From: the human T2T-CHM13v2.0 reference genome, Homo sapiens
NCBI RefSeq assembly: GCF_009914755.1
Contig: NC_060946.1
Reading direction: 5' to 3' (one strand)
DNA: 64,000 bases
Below are positions 1-25,287 of the stretch, piece by piece; within the stretch, counting starts at the first letter, position 1; the number at the start of each line of letters is the position of its first letter. The translations under genes and the position numbers were made by a program. The notes beneath the pieces are model-generated. The model had not been told where the DNA came from. It searched no databases and saw nothing but the letters and a program-made list of their open reading frames with translations.

Positions 1-189
1 CTCCTCCCTCACTGCCCACAGCAGCCCCTACAGCTTTCCACTGAAGCTGCACTTGTGGCAGATCAGGGCAAGGAAGCTGCACTCACACAACAGCACAGCC
101 TATGGGTGCAGAGCCCCAGGCAGTGGGTGTTTGCAATTCTTCGTGCAATAAGCCTTCACATTAACAGGGAAATTAAATGGACGCACTTA

Positions 190-576
<387 letters not shown>

Positions 577-752
577 TTAGAGCAGGAGCCTGGCCTGGGG
601 CCAAGTTCACCTTATGGACTCTCTTCCCTGCCCTTCCAGGAGCAGCTCACTGAAATGTGTTCCCCGTCTACAGAAGTACCGTGATACACAGACGCCCCAT
701 GACACACTGTACACACCAGGGGCCCTGTGCTCCCCAGGAAGAGGGCCCTCAC

Positions 753-1263
<511 letters not shown>

Positions 1264-3350
1264 CTACAGGTACAGAAGGAATGTTAGCTCCTCTGTGAAA
1301 CACAAAAAGGGGCTACTGTCAAGTTTTCTCTAATTAAAAAAAGGAACACGTGCTCACTGAATAAGATTTAGAAACCAAGAAAAGTATGAAGAAAAAAATG
1401 AAGATCGCCTATAGTCCCACATCCCAGGGTCATCTGTGTCAGTGCTTGGTGTATTTTCTCCAGCCTCTCGAGGCTGCCTTCTGTTCAACCCGGTTCACCG
1501 TGTGGACATTGCAGGTGTGAGGTGGCAGCACCCGGGATGTACCTGATGCCCTGACAGGCACTGGGTAGGTGACTCTTCTCTATAACCCTGATAACCCTCT
1601 GTGGCTGTGAGCGGGAAGACCCCTCTGTGGGATGCTGAGCTGGCAAGGGCAGAAGAGGGTTCTGGATCCAGAGCCTGGCTCCTCCTCTCCACCCCACACA
1701 GACCCTACCTGATGCCTTCATCCCGCTAACCAGATTAGGAAAGGCCCATGGAGCCGAGGCGAGCCTGCAGCCACCATGGCCAGGCCTGGGAGCCCAGGGT
1801 CAGGCTGCTCCCATGGCCCAGTCATGCTCAGCCAGGTCCCCATTCCGTGGGGGGGCATGAGGGGTGCCCAGAGGGAGCAGCATGGTGCCCGGGAGACACC
1901 TGGGTGCTGCAGAGAGTAAGAGGTGCAGCTCACACATGGAAAGCCCCCATGATTTCTGGGTGTTTTTACAAGGAGACCAACAAACAGCATTTGGCATCTG
2001 GCCAAAGAGGATTCTATCCCTCTGTTGTCCCAGCAGCACCAGCTTCTACAAGGGCTCCAAGCGCCTGTGCAGAGGTGGCAACGAGGCCTAGTGAGTAGAA
2101 CACACACCGCGGCTCCCTCCCCAGTACCATCCCCTCCCTTCTTCCTCATGAGGTGGATCAGGGTGGCCACGTGGCCAGTCACAGGGCTCTCAGCCAGGGT
2201 CCCTGCTGGCTGAGGCGGCCACTGTTCTCCCCGGCCACTCTAATGAGCCAGGGAGAGTGAACTGGGCAAGGCCCTGGGAACACATGCCAGGGTGAGCTTC
2301 ATAAGGTCAAGGCAGCTGGCCTCTGCCTTTTGCACTCTGTCCTTGTCTTCCTTCCTGCTGGGAGGCACAGAAGCCATCTGGAGGCTGTGAGGGTGGAGAC
2401 AAAGGCCACATAAGCCCAGGATGGCCAGGAGCCGACGGGAGCCCGGGGCGGGGCTCTGTCTGCTGCTTCCCTCTAAGCTGCCCATGGGGTGAGGACTCCT
2501 GGGGGACGAGGCACTAGAGCCTGCTTTCTGTTTCCTGCAGACCGATTAGTCTTATGGAAGCAGACAAGGGAGAAAAAAATGGGGGGGACCCCAGAACTGC
2601 CATGGACAAGAAGCCATGGAAGAGACACACTCCCACCTATTTGTTACACAACCACATCCTGGTGGCTGCCTCTGTGCCAGGGCCTCGTGGACTCTGGGCA
2701 TGGTGCTCTGAATGAAGACAAACATGACCACACAGTCTATGGTGGGGACCACAGACAACAAGAAATAAGCTACACACACTGAGAAACACTAAGAAACAGC
2801 AGTGCGAGTGAGCGTGTGACAGACCAGGTGGCCAGGGAGAGCCCTGGCAAGGAGGGGATATCTGAGATGAGCCCTGGAGGAGACGCAGGAGTGAGGCGCA
2901 AGGCACGGCCATCTGAGAAGAGGGAATGCATGACGCGGCCTATGGTGGGAGCAGCCCAGGAGGGCAGCTTCAAAAGTGAAACTGATGGGATGTGCTGAGA
3001 ATCATCCGTGGGAAGTGCAAGCAGGACCCCAGCATGGCCACAGCACAGCAAGCAAGGGGAAGAGAGAGGATGGAAGTCAGGTGGGAAGGGGGCTTGCAGG
3101 TCACAGAAACAAGCCCACCTTCGAGTCTGTAGGGGGGCTCTGATTCCCCCCTGGCTTGCGCCAACCGCATGTGGAGAAGGGGAAGATGCCTGGGGTTGGG
3201 GAGCAGGAGGCCAGGCCAGAGGGCAGCAGCTGGGATGCTGGGACTTGTCAGATCCTGGATAAACCTCAAAGGTGAAGGTGATGGGATGTGCTGAGAGTCA
3301 TCTGTGGGATGTGCATAAGAGGGAGTCAAAGACGTCTGAGCAGACAGAAG

Positions 3351-3704
3351 GACCTCGCTGGCATCTACAGTGAAGGGAAGGGCCATGCTGGCATCTACAG
3401 TGAAGGGAGGGACCTTGCTGGCATCTACAGTAAAGGGAGGGACCTCGCTGGCATCTACAGTGAATGGAGGGACCTCGCTGGCATCTACAGTGAATGGAGG
3501 GACCTCGCTGGCATCTACAGTGAAGGGAAGGGTCACACTGGCATCTACAGTAAAGGGAGGGACCTCACTGGCATCTACAGTGATGAGAGGGACCTCGCTG
3601 ACATCTACAGTAAAGGGAGGGGCCACACTGGCAGCTACAGTAAAGGGAGGGGCCACACTGGCATCTACAGTGAAGGGAAGAACCACCCTGGCATCAACAG
3701 TGAT
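3351..3704. repeat. 30-bp minisatellite, ~12 units (gacctcgctggcatctacagtgaagggagg)
   Basis: 30-nt periodicity directly visible. Confidence 0.95.
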
Positions 3705-4140
3705 GGCGGATGGGCGACCAGTGTAGCGGTGTCTGGAGCTGTGGTTGGACCCATTAGTTGGGGCTGCTAATCAGTTCACCATGCAGGCTGTGGGCCAAGC
3801 CACTGAAGGGATGCACCTGGACTAGGAGTGACTGGGCTGGGTAAGCAGTGGAGCTGGCCAGAGTACCCAGGCAGGGAGGAGGAGCCCTGGGGCATGCCAG
3901 TACTGAGAAGGCCCTGAGCTCAAGAAGGTCCCTTTATTCTGGAGGATGAAAGGGCTACAAAAATTACAAAGGCCTTAAGTCCCTGGGAAAAGCAGTTAGG
4001 CTCCCAGAACAGCTGCTTTCAAGACCCAGAACTCTGAAGGAGGCTGTGAGCAGCTTTCCCTAGGCTGATCTGTCCTCCTACCATCTGGGGCCTGCTAGTG
4101 ATATCTGTACTCCAACTGCCCTGCCCCCAGGGGTCAACCA

Positions 4141-4179
4141 ACCCACTCCTATCTGAGGACCCACTCCTATCTGAGGACC
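4141..4179. repeat. 18-bp tandem duplication (acccactcctatctgagg x2)
   Basis: exact direct repeat. Confidence 0.9.
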
Positions 4180-4272
4180 AGACAGGGAGGCCAGAAGTTC
4201 AAGGGCACCTGGACTAAGGAAGTGGAGAGGAGAGAGGTGGATCTGGGCTCCAGAGCCCCAGGTACAATGTGA

Positions 4273-4656
<384 letters not shown>

Positions 4657-4826
4657 TAAGGCCCACCGAGGTCTGAGGCTGAAGCAGCATATGGAAAGGA
4701 ATCCTGACCATAGCAGCACTGTGTCCTGACAGTCACAATTTGTGGTGAAACCAGGGCTTCCAGAAGACCCTGAGAGGAGGGCACACTTGTCCTCTTCTGG
4801 GAAGTGGAGAGTCCCACCAAGAGATA

Positions 4827-4868
4827 GTGTGTAGGCAGGTGTGTGTAGGCAGGTGTGTGCAGGCAGGT
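4827..4868. repeat. 14-bp tandem repeat x3 (gtgtgtaggcaggt)
   Basis: direct inspection. Confidence 0.85.
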
Positions 4869-5630
4869 GGGCACCTGGGCCCACACAGGAGTGAGCGTGG
4901 CTAAGACTTCCCAGGATCGGGTCCCTCCTGAGCCCACAGGAGGACAGCCTCAGGGTGTGGGGGAAACTGCAACCATCAGCCTAGACCCCAAGGCCTGGGT
5001 TCAATGGACAGGAGAGTAATATACATATAATGCCCTGCTTAAGTTGGGCACACAGCAGGACCAGAGCAAGTTATCAGTTACTAGTGCAGCCCACATGCAT
5101 TTATTTTGGGTCATGAATTTTAAGTATCATACAAGGATCATGAATCTTTCCCCTCTCAGTGAAATGAAGGTCCCAGACCCCTGTAAGGAGGTCAGGCTCC
5201 CCACTGTTCCCACGCTGAGATGCGAACAGCAAGTGTGACATCTCTTCATCTCCTGGGCACTATGGGACCTGGACAGGTCAGGTCCTTGTGGAGGCAGAGA
5301 CAGGGAGTGAGGACCTGAATGACCACGTGCTGCTGGGGCCAGTGCCAGGTGTGAGTGTGAGTGGGTGGAGAAGCCTGACACAGGCCAAGGGACCTGAGGC
5401 CAGCTGAGCCACTGGAGATGGTAGGAGCAGGAAGTGCAAGCTGGACTCCAAAAGACCCCAAATGAAACAGTAATTTGGTTTGTATAAAAATCCCTTTAAG
5501 ACACCTTTCCCAATTTTGCTTAAAATAAAAAAAAAAGGAAGTGGGGTAAAAAGCAGGAAGAACCCATACTTCCTGCCAAGACCAGCTATTGAGTAGGAGG
5601 AGGAGCCACCAGACATAAGAAAGACATCTC

Positions 5631-6200
5631 GGACAGGCGCGGTGGCTCACGCCTGTAATCCCAGCACTTGGGGAGGCCGAGGCAGGCGGATCACAAGGTC
5701 AGGAGATCGAGACCATCCTGGCTAACAAAGTCAGGAGACTCAGTCACAAAAAAAAAAAAAAAAAAAAGCAACTGGCTGGGCGCAGTGGCTCACGCCTAAA
5801 ATCCCAACACTTTGGGAGGCCGAGGCGGGCGGATCACAAGGTCAGGAGATCGAGACCATCCTGGCTAACACAGTGAAACCCCGTCTCTACTAAAAAATAC
5901 AAAAAATTAGCCGGGCGTGGTGGCAGGCGCCTGTAGTCTCAGCTACTCGGGAGGCTGAGACAGGAGAATGGCGTGAACCCGGGAGGCGGAGTGAGCCAAG
6001 ATCGGGCCACTGCACTCCAGCCTGGGTGACAGAGCGAGACTCCATCTCAAAAAAAAAAAACAAAAAAAAGCAACAACAAAAAAAGTCCCAGCTACTGGGT
6101 CAGGAGGCCGAGGCAGCAGAATCACTTGAGCTCAGGAATTTGACGTCAGCCTGGGCAACATAGCAAGACTGTCTTCAGGAAAAAAAAAAAAACAAAAGAA
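5631..6200 (+). mobile_element. Alu cluster: internally deleted Alu, AluY (~5774-6061, TSD aaaaaaagcaac) and a monomer fragment
   Basis: Alu consensus motifs and A-tails. Confidence 0.9.
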
Positions 6201-6269
6201 AAAAAATAAAGACCTCCTTCTCTCTGGGAAAATATACAGCAGTCCTCCTCAACTGTCAGTTTTATTTAA

Positions 6270-7870
<1,601 letters not shown>

Positions 7871-8928
7871 GTCATAATGGCAGTGGGTATCCACAGTGGC
7901 AATGGTATACAGCTGTCTCTGCAGAATCCTCTCCCTGGCAAGAACTATAACTGATGTGGCCACTCCAGTTGTCATTTACTGACAGCTCACTAGGATGCAG
8001 GTGCTCTTGTAATGATGTCCACCATGCAGGTGAGGAGCCCCGCCCAGGAATCAGAGCCCTGCAGGCTGAAGCGTGACTTCCACAGGCCCTTCTGCATATC
8101 TTTGATGGGAGCAGGCTGGTCAGGCTGAGAACCCAGCACTCCCCTGACTTCACAGGTGTCCCCCTGACTAGACAACCTCCCCCAGGCGCCCACTGGACCA
8201 AAATGTTTCCTAACAGCGCTCAATGGTGTGATTGATACAAACCCCACGAGGTTATAAAATAGCAGGCAAATGTGAGATATTATCATCACTGCCACCACCA
8301 CCAGCCCGGAACATTTTAATTACATTTTTGGAAATATTCCAATTTTCCTGAGGGAAGAAGAAAATCAAAATCCCCCTTTTTGACCACTCATTTCAACTAA
8401 TCCTAAGAAATACAGAAAGAAAACATGTCAAATTCCCTGCTACCCTGACAGTTAACAGAATCTTTGAAAAATAAAATTGTTCTTAAGCGTTTATCTAATC
8501 AGCTGAAACGTGAGTATAAACTTCCTTGTGGGCACCCCCTGCAGTAGCAACTCCAGAAATACGGATGCAGGGAAAGGGGGCTGATCCCAAGATTAGGTCA
8601 AGAAAAACATTCCCGTGGACAAACACAACTGCTCCCAATCAAATTCAAAGTTAACAGGTGTTCAAAAAGCTGGATTTCCAATTTCAGTAGAGAAATGGCT
8701 CCCCCTACCGAGGTTTTGGGAGATAACGGCTTCTAGGCACCAGTGGGATGCTGTTAACATATATTCTATTTTCTGTGACTGTCAGGTATAATAATAGAAT
8801 CTGTAAGGAGACTGAGGCTTGAGAAGGTGAGGGGCTTGCCCAGTGTCTCCATGCTTGGTGGTGGCGGCACCAGGGAAGGCTCTTCCCGTCTGTTATCCCA
8901 TCCCATCCTCACTGCCAACCCGAGGTCA

Positions 8929-9255
<327 letters not shown>

Positions 9256-9261
9256 TCATCA

Positions 9262-9498
<237 letters not shown>

Positions 9499-9865
9499 CT
9501 AAGCATATAATCCAGGCAATGTGGGTAAGGTTCTGGAAGCCACCAGACCACACTTGTGGTGGCACTGGTGGGTGCCTCGCTGCCCCAAAGTGGAGCTCAT
9601 GCATGCAGAGAGACAGGCTCATTTCAATGATGCTACCACTGATCACAGCTTTTTTTTTTTTTAAAGAACAGCTCCTCTAGAAATGCATGTTGGCAGTGCC
9701 ACCACTGCAGATGTTCCCCAAGGGTGGGAACCTTGTCCCTCATCATTGTACCCAGCAGTGAGCCCGGGGTCTGACCCATGGTGGGACTGCATGAATGTGA
9801 GCTGGATAAATACATTTCCTCAAACTCAATTAATGACTCAAACAACAATATCAGCCTCATTATTA

Positions 9866-10400
<535 letters not shown>

Positions 10401-10482
10401 TAAGAAGGAGTGAACTCCCACTCAGACCAGGCCACTGATAGACTTTCAGAGTCACCAGGGAGCTTAGAAATGGCATAGACTA

Positions 10483-10820
<338 letters not shown>

Positions 10821-11256
10821 TTATGGAGCAGGAAATGGAGGCCCACAGATGTGATGGCACTGGTGAGGCTGGAATAAACTGTGGTGTGGTGGGTGAAAGC
10901 CCACGATGTGGAGTTGGAAGATGTGGTTCCAGACCCCACTCCACTTGTGCGACTTTGGCAAGTTACTTAATCTTGGGAACCTCCGTTTATCTATAAAACT
11001 GGAATAATAATACATACATCTTACCGAGTGCCCAAGAGCCTATGGCATGTAAGTGTTTGTTACTGCTGTAAAAAAAAGCCAAAAAAATTAAAAACCTTCA
11101 TTCAGTGTAGCCAAAGTGTACACAGAGTTACCCTCTTGTGGAAAAAACAAGTAACTGGTCATTAACACTCTGGAATGTGCCAAGAATCCTCCTAAAATGT
11201 GCTCTTTAAATCCTCCTAAAATATGTTAATTCCACATCACCGGGACGCTTTGTTCA

Positions 11257-11430
<174 letters not shown>

Positions 11431-12426
11431 CTACAGACAGATAACCATTATTGTAGACTATGGCAGCACTATCCTTTCCTCGTGTTTACCATGGCTAAGC
11501 CTAAACCCAATGAAGCAGTCACACTCGGGTCTGGGGGTTACTATTAATAAAAATCTTCACTGCTGGCAAGTTAATAAAGCAAAATATTTTAGAATACCCA
11601 GCAGTTTGATATGTTCCATAAGAAATTAAAAAAAAAAGTCTCTGGAAGGCAGTTTCTGCTACTGGTAAATAGGCCTTTGCAAGAAAAAGAATCACTAGAT
11701 TGTGAGAGCAATGTCACCTGTGATGGAAACGCCATGAAAGCATTCACAGCCGTCTCCTTGAGAGTTGCGTGTGCAGCTTATAAATGTCACTTACAGACCG
11801 TAAAGGGGCTGAAGGGGAGAGCCAAGGCCAGCAGGCTCTTAAACATCTGCTGGCTGCTCTTCAGTCTAATGGGAAGAGACAGAAAAGGGTACACCTTGAA
11901 TACAAAGGCAACCCACAGAATGGGAGAAAAATATTTGAAAACTACCGCCCACCCACTCCACCCCTCCAGCCACTCTCTCTGCTTCAGCCTCAGCCTCCCA
12001 GCCCCAGGGCCTCAGTGACCTGGCTTCCTAACCCAGGCTGGCTGCTGTGCCACACCTTTCAGTTCCTGTTCATCCACGGTCACTGCAGAGTACAGCATGC
12101 ATTGAAAAGGACCTCCTTTCGCATTTCCCTTTAGCATCAGTACTAATGGGGAAAGTGAGCTTCTCAACTGTTTTGAGTTTAGAGGGATTTTTTTTTGAGG
12201 GGACATGGTGTGGAGAAAGAGGACCAGGAGAAGAAAATACAGATGTTGGGGAACATCAAAATATAAACAAGAACAAAAATACATGATTTCTCTCATGAAA
12301 TTATTAAACTGGTTTATTTAAAAAAATAAATTACGTGAAACTGCTTTACATTTTCTGGAAACAATGCGGTCTTTGGCACCAAGCAGGACTGAGTTAGAGC
12401 TTGGCTCTGATACTAATCAGCTGTGA

Positions 12427-13070
<644 letters not shown>

Positions 13071-14201
13071 CCAGAATTAATTTTTAAAAATTAAAAAAAA
13101 TAACTTAGAGAAAACCTAACTTACATCAAATTTTCTGGGGAAAAAGAACAAAATATTTTAGGCAAAACAGATCTTTCACAAGTCAGCTGGCTAGAGTCTA
13201 GAAAAGGCTTACAAATGAGAACACATATTCTATTTTATGTAATAAAGCTTTGCTCCTACCACCCCCAAAAAGGAAAAGGCTTATGACTATCATAAACACT
13301 TACAGTCTATGAGTTCCGCCTCTGGCCTCTGTGGCCACCCAGTGGCAGAGACGTCCAGGTCAGGGCACTGATACCTGGTGCCCCGTCAGAGTAGGAGGCC
13401 CAGGGCGGGTGGCCCTGCAGGTGCAGGCTGGACCCAGCTCAACCATGTCTGCTAGACTGGTGTCTTTAGAGATAGTGCAGTGACCTCGAGGAGAGTGCCC
13501 TGATAGCAAAATGAGGCGAGAAGACACCAGCATTCTCTGGCACATCCTCAGGCCCCACAAAAGCCAGAGGGCACTCAGGCCCCTCTCTCCCGCCGGTATC
13601 CCAAGGGAGGCCTGTCACCCTTCCTCCTGGGTACACAGCCTCTGCACCTCCACATATCCCATCCCATGCTCCATTTGGAGAGAGTTGGGAAGCACACATG
13701 GCCAGGCTCTAGATTCACATTAACCAACAAAATCTCTGACCAGCCCCAGTCACATGGCCAGGTGGAACTGCCTGCTTTAATCCTTTTTAACTCTTAGCTC
13801 TAATTTAACTCAGAAAGTATTGCTGTGTGAACCCTCTGTCCTCTAGATTAATCTCTAGCAGAACAAGAAGCTGAAGGCATTCATGTGCGGTTCAGCACCT
13901 GCAGAAAACAGAACTGTTCAGGAGTCCAGTATACGCTCCAGATAAGTGCAACTGTGGCATCGCGCTGCCCGTGTCAGGCGGAGCTCTGTTTCCATCCTCT
14001 CAGATGGGGACATTCAAATCAAAATCTGATCACTGACATATCAAGCACTGATCCCCATAAATCCATAAATTTAAAAAAAAAAAAGCACAATAAGGAAACA
14101 CTCATTTCAATGGCCACCTCTTCTTTGGGCCAAGGTGCGGCTTGCACCACTACCATTGTCAACAGACATCCACAGCACCCTGCATGTACTCATGTGCGTC
14201 A

Positions 14202-14441
<240 letters not shown>

Positions 14442-14454
14442 TTATTTATCTGAT

Positions 14455-14745
<291 letters not shown>

Positions 14746-16583
14746 TGCTATTTCATTTAAAGGGGAAAATAAAACTTTATAAATTAAGGTGTGGGCAAAT
14801 GGACCAAACACTGGGTTTCTGTCCTGGGTCTGCCCCTCCCTAACTAGCTGTGGGACTGTCAGTAAGTCAAAGCCCCTCTATGACCAGCTACTGCTCATTT
14901 GACTGAGGACAAGGCCAATTCCCCGAGCGGCTGTCATGCAGTCACTGCGGTGTTGCACCGTCAATGGGAGAGGGCCATTTATTCTTTCAGCACATCCTTG
15001 CTGAGCATCTGCTGTGGTAGCCACCAGGCAAATAAGCTACAAAGCCTTGGCCTTGCGGTCAACAGGCAGGCTGTGTGGTGTGGAGCCTCGGTTCTCTACT
15101 GCAGCATACCAGCAGCCTGGTGTGGGTGAACTGGACAGCAGGAACGAAGAACAACACCTGTGTCCACCTGGCCACCCAGTGGGAGAAGGGTGCTGGGCAA
15201 TGGGATACCTGGCAGAGCCCAGGGGTGTGAGGGAGGCCTCCTGCTCTGGGGACCACAGGGGGCTCAGCCTGCAGGAGTACCAAGGACAAGGGTCTCGAGG
15301 GTGGGGGCAAGCCTGGAACAGATGCAGGCCCTGTTTACAGGCGTGAACCAACTAATTCCCTTAAGAAGAAATGTACAGGAGTATATACATGCAGAATTGT
15401 CTCAATGGTTTTGGGGGACTCCTGGAGCTCCAGAAACCCATCCTTGGACACTATGACGATGAAGAGTGACTAATAATCAAGTTTAAAAGGGAAGTACACT
15501 GACCAGATACCCTATTAAAACCAGACTACTCTGGTGGGTGGAGGAGAGGGCAGATTCGGGGAAGGCTGAGGCTGGGCACGGAGGGTGGGGAATAAGCACA
15601 CTGCAGGGGAAGTGAAAGGGCAGGCCTGGGGCACGCCAAGGGGACACCTGGTGGAAAAATCAAGACCGCTTCAAGCCTTTTCATTTTCCATTTCCTTCTT
15701 AGGCCAGACCTGCGTGAGAAAGTAAAAAGCTCTATCAGCTGCTTTTTTTGTCCACTTAAACTTTCTAGGCATTAGAGGGGGCCTCCCCTCTTCAGACGAC
15801 AGACAGCCTTGGGACCTGAGGCCCTTTTGCTGTAAATGAACAAAGGGAAATAGTTTCTTGCCACTGCGTTTCCACACAGCTCTCAGGGCTCTTGGAGCTG
15901 GCTGCTCTATCCTTCCTGGACTCCACAACCAGAAACACTTTTGAGCCTGTTTCATCTTTAAAGTGCTGCCAGGGTAAACCTCACAAGAGTTCCTCTCAGC
16001 ACACCCACTCTCTGCTAACACAGATTCCTTCCAGAGGTATTTTTCTCATCTTTGATTCCTTTTAAGGCAATTCTTTCCTCTCACACCCTGTGGCATTACA
16101 TGGTTTACTTCGTGGCCATCTGAGTTTCCAAACCAGTGTTTTTGTCTGAAAGACTCCCATGCACCTACATGTGCAGCTTATGTGGAGCTTTAATGGGACA
16201 CAAGTCCCCAACTCTGCCTCTGCTCCACCAGCCTTGGTCAGGCCCCTGCCTTTGGGCACAGGTGCCAGCAATGCACTTGGCACTTAGAGATGCTGCCATC
16301 TGGCAGCCTCCCACATCCACCACACAAGCCCTTCCTCTCGTGAGCAGCCCCCAAGTCTTGCCACAGACCTGGCACCTCACCTGGTGTGAGCCGTCAGATG
16401 CCCTCCTTGTGCCCTGGCCAGCACTGGCCCCACAGGCGCTCCTAACACACAGAGCAGCCTCTGAGGCATCTATTATTCTCAGGCCCTAGACTGATGCTTC
16501 CAGTCTCCATTCACACTAGTGCTATTTGGATTTTGAGTTCTTCATGTCTCTGTAAAGCTTTTTTGGGAGTTTGAAGGAGCTTA

Positions 16584-16745
<162 letters not shown>

Positions 16746-16767
16746 TCATCTGAGCTGCCGTAGTGAC

Positions 16768-17189
16768 TGTCATGGGCTGAACTATGTCTCCCCAAATCCC
16801 TATGCTGCGCCTTAACTGGTACCAGTACCTCAGAGTGGAACTCATTTGGAGATAGGGCTTTAAAGAGGTGATTCAATTAAAAGGCTGATAGGGTAGGTCC
16901 TGATCCAATCTGGCCAGTATCCTTCCTTACGTGTGTGCAGAGGAAATCTGGACACACAGAAATACTGGGGCAGGGAGGAGGGTGTGCACAGAGGGAAGAA
17001 CACGTAAAGACACAGGGAGAAGGCTGCCATTCACAAGCCAAGGAGAGAGGTCTCCACAGAAACCAGCTCTGCCAACACTTTGATTTTACACTTCGGCCCT
17101 CAGAACTGTAAGACAATCAATGTCTGTCAAGACCTTTCAAGCTGCCCAGTCTATTGTCTTTTGCTACAGAAGCCCAAGAGACTAGCACA
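16768..17189 (+). mobile_element. MaLR solo LTR (MLT1B-like)
   Basis: TG...CA ends; motifs tttggagatagggctttaaagaggtgatt, acaagccaagg, cagaactgtaagacaat. Confidence 0.8.
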
Positions 17190-17950
17190 GCCACTAAGTT
17201 TGAACCTCAAGGCCCCTGGGGCCAGGAAGCCCACACACACTATGATCTGTATGTAATTCCTGCACAAGGTTTGTGGCAGAATCTACAAGAATAACATGTC
17301 ACAGGGACACTGTGCAACTTGTGTCCTGGGTCTGGGACTGGATGGAAGGGCAGGCTCTGCGTGGCAAAATCCTCTTCGGTGCCACACCACTCTGTGGGAA
17401 ACTCCCCATTGACAGCTGGTCTGGCAGAGGTCCAGAGGTAGGACATGACTCAGCCCAGGCTGAAGGAGCTGTGAGCTGAGTTGCAGTCTTGCCACAGTGA
17501 GGGCTCTGAGACCGAGTTGGGGAGAGGAGAGACCCAGTACATCCTCCTCTTTTGGAGTGATTTATTCTGCCAGTTTCCCCATTGGATAGCACAAGTCAAA
17601 GGCATGATCCCCTATTACCACAATAACAAAATGTCAGTGCACCTCAGAGAAGTGAAGTCCACCTGAAAATCATGCTTGTGCGACGCAGACTCGAGAGGCT
17701 ATAAACTGGCTGGTAGCTGAAGACCTCTTTGGCAGCTAAACCGAGAACACAGCTGAGTCAACATGGCTGAGGTGGGGGAGCTGGGCTTGGAAGACAGAGC
17801 GACCTGGGGGCAGCCAGCTCCCCTTGCACTCGGTGGAGCCTGGCAATGGCTTGGTCTCCTCACTGGGGGATGGGGCCAGCACCACCCACACCTCAAATTG
17901 CTGGGGACTGGGTGAGCTCATGCAGGTTGACCATCTCGTGGAAATACTCA

Positions 17951-18136
<186 letters not shown>

Positions 18137-18268
18137 CTAGCAACCACATGGGCCACCCCTACCCACCACCTGTCTGTCTGTGACAGGCCTCCATACTTGA
18201 TGCAACTTATTGCAAAACACCAGGTGGATTTGGGCCCCCTCACCCCCAACTCGACACCTGTAGCATTA

Positions 18269-18562
<294 letters not shown>

Positions 18563-19610
18563 TCAGGCCAGCTGAAGGAGGAGGTCGGGAGGCCCTTGCA
18601 GCAGGATGCCTGGCCTCCTCAGGCTCATTGCAGTAAGGTGAGCAACGCCTGGTCAGAAAGGCTCCCCAGGCCCCTGCCAGCCCCACTTCTTAGGGCCAGA
18701 CAAACCTGACACCAACTGCCTTGGTTATGCACTGGCCAGGACACCCCTCACTTTCCAAAGCAATCCTCTTAGTTTCTGACCAGGGTTCTCCATTATTTCT
18801 CACATAATGGAGAAAACAACAGTATCTACCTGACACCCTGGGGTAAGACAGGCCATGGGCTCCGATGGCCCCAGGGCTGAAGGAGAGGTGTCTCTGCACA
18901 GCTGTGACCCACCAGTGGCCCACTGCTCAGGAAGCCCAGCTCAGACACACGCCACGTGTGTGCTGGACTCGTTCTCGTGACCCCTGGCTGGCTCCTGACC
19001 ACCTGTGGTGGCGCTGCTGCCTGGACCAGGCACACAGTATCTGCAACAGGCTCCAGAACCACTGGATACCTCTGGGGAGCTGCAGGCAGCCTCCATGTGG
19101 GTGTTTTGCTGCCTCTGGCCTTCTCACCTTGGAGAAGCTGGTCCAGCCCACCTGTGAGAGTTCTCATCAGTGTGGGGACATGTCCCAACAGGGTCTGTTT
19201 TGGCTCCCAGAACAAAGAGTATACAGCACAGAAGGGTCTGTGTGGGCTTTTGTTCCTGAGAAGCCCAAAGATACTGATCCTACCAGGGGACCTCTGGCTG
19301 GGCCCTGGGCTAGAAGATGGTGCACCAGGTCATGCCAGAGTGGGTGGGACTGAGAGACACAGGGATGTGGCACCCAGCAAATGTGCTGTAAGTAACATCG
19401 ATAGCTCAGAATGAACAGAAGTTTCTGCACCAAAATTCAGACTCTGCAGGAAACTCACAGACATTGGAGGGAGGCTGCATCACCCTTAGGAGTTTTCATT
19501 CTGACTCCATTTTTTCCTAGATTAATAATATAAGGATGATTTTTCCCAGCATTTGAAATCACAGAAGTTTATATACATACACACAAAACATTAGCAGGAA
19601 AATGAGCTTA

Positions 19611-19953
<343 letters not shown>

Positions 19954-19959
19954 TCATTT

Positions 19960-24607
<4,648 letters not shown>

Positions 24608-24699
24608 TAATTCTTCTAGAGGTTGGCAGTTTCAATTTTGTTGTTGCTTAGTCTCTCTCCTAGAACCAAAGAATCGCAGGGTGGGCCAATTGTCTAGCA

Positions 24700-25287
<588 letters not shown>

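Noticed and set aside
2970-3770. Long ORFs (238, 160 and 118 aa) across the 30-bp array; superficial CRISPR-like periodicity
   Set aside because: The ORFs follow from a unit length divisible by 3. Units are contiguous with no unique spacers, the context is a eukaryotic intron, and there are no cas genes.
13890-13920. Strong minus-strand acceptor gttctgttttctgcag|
   Set aside because: No convincing downstream donor.
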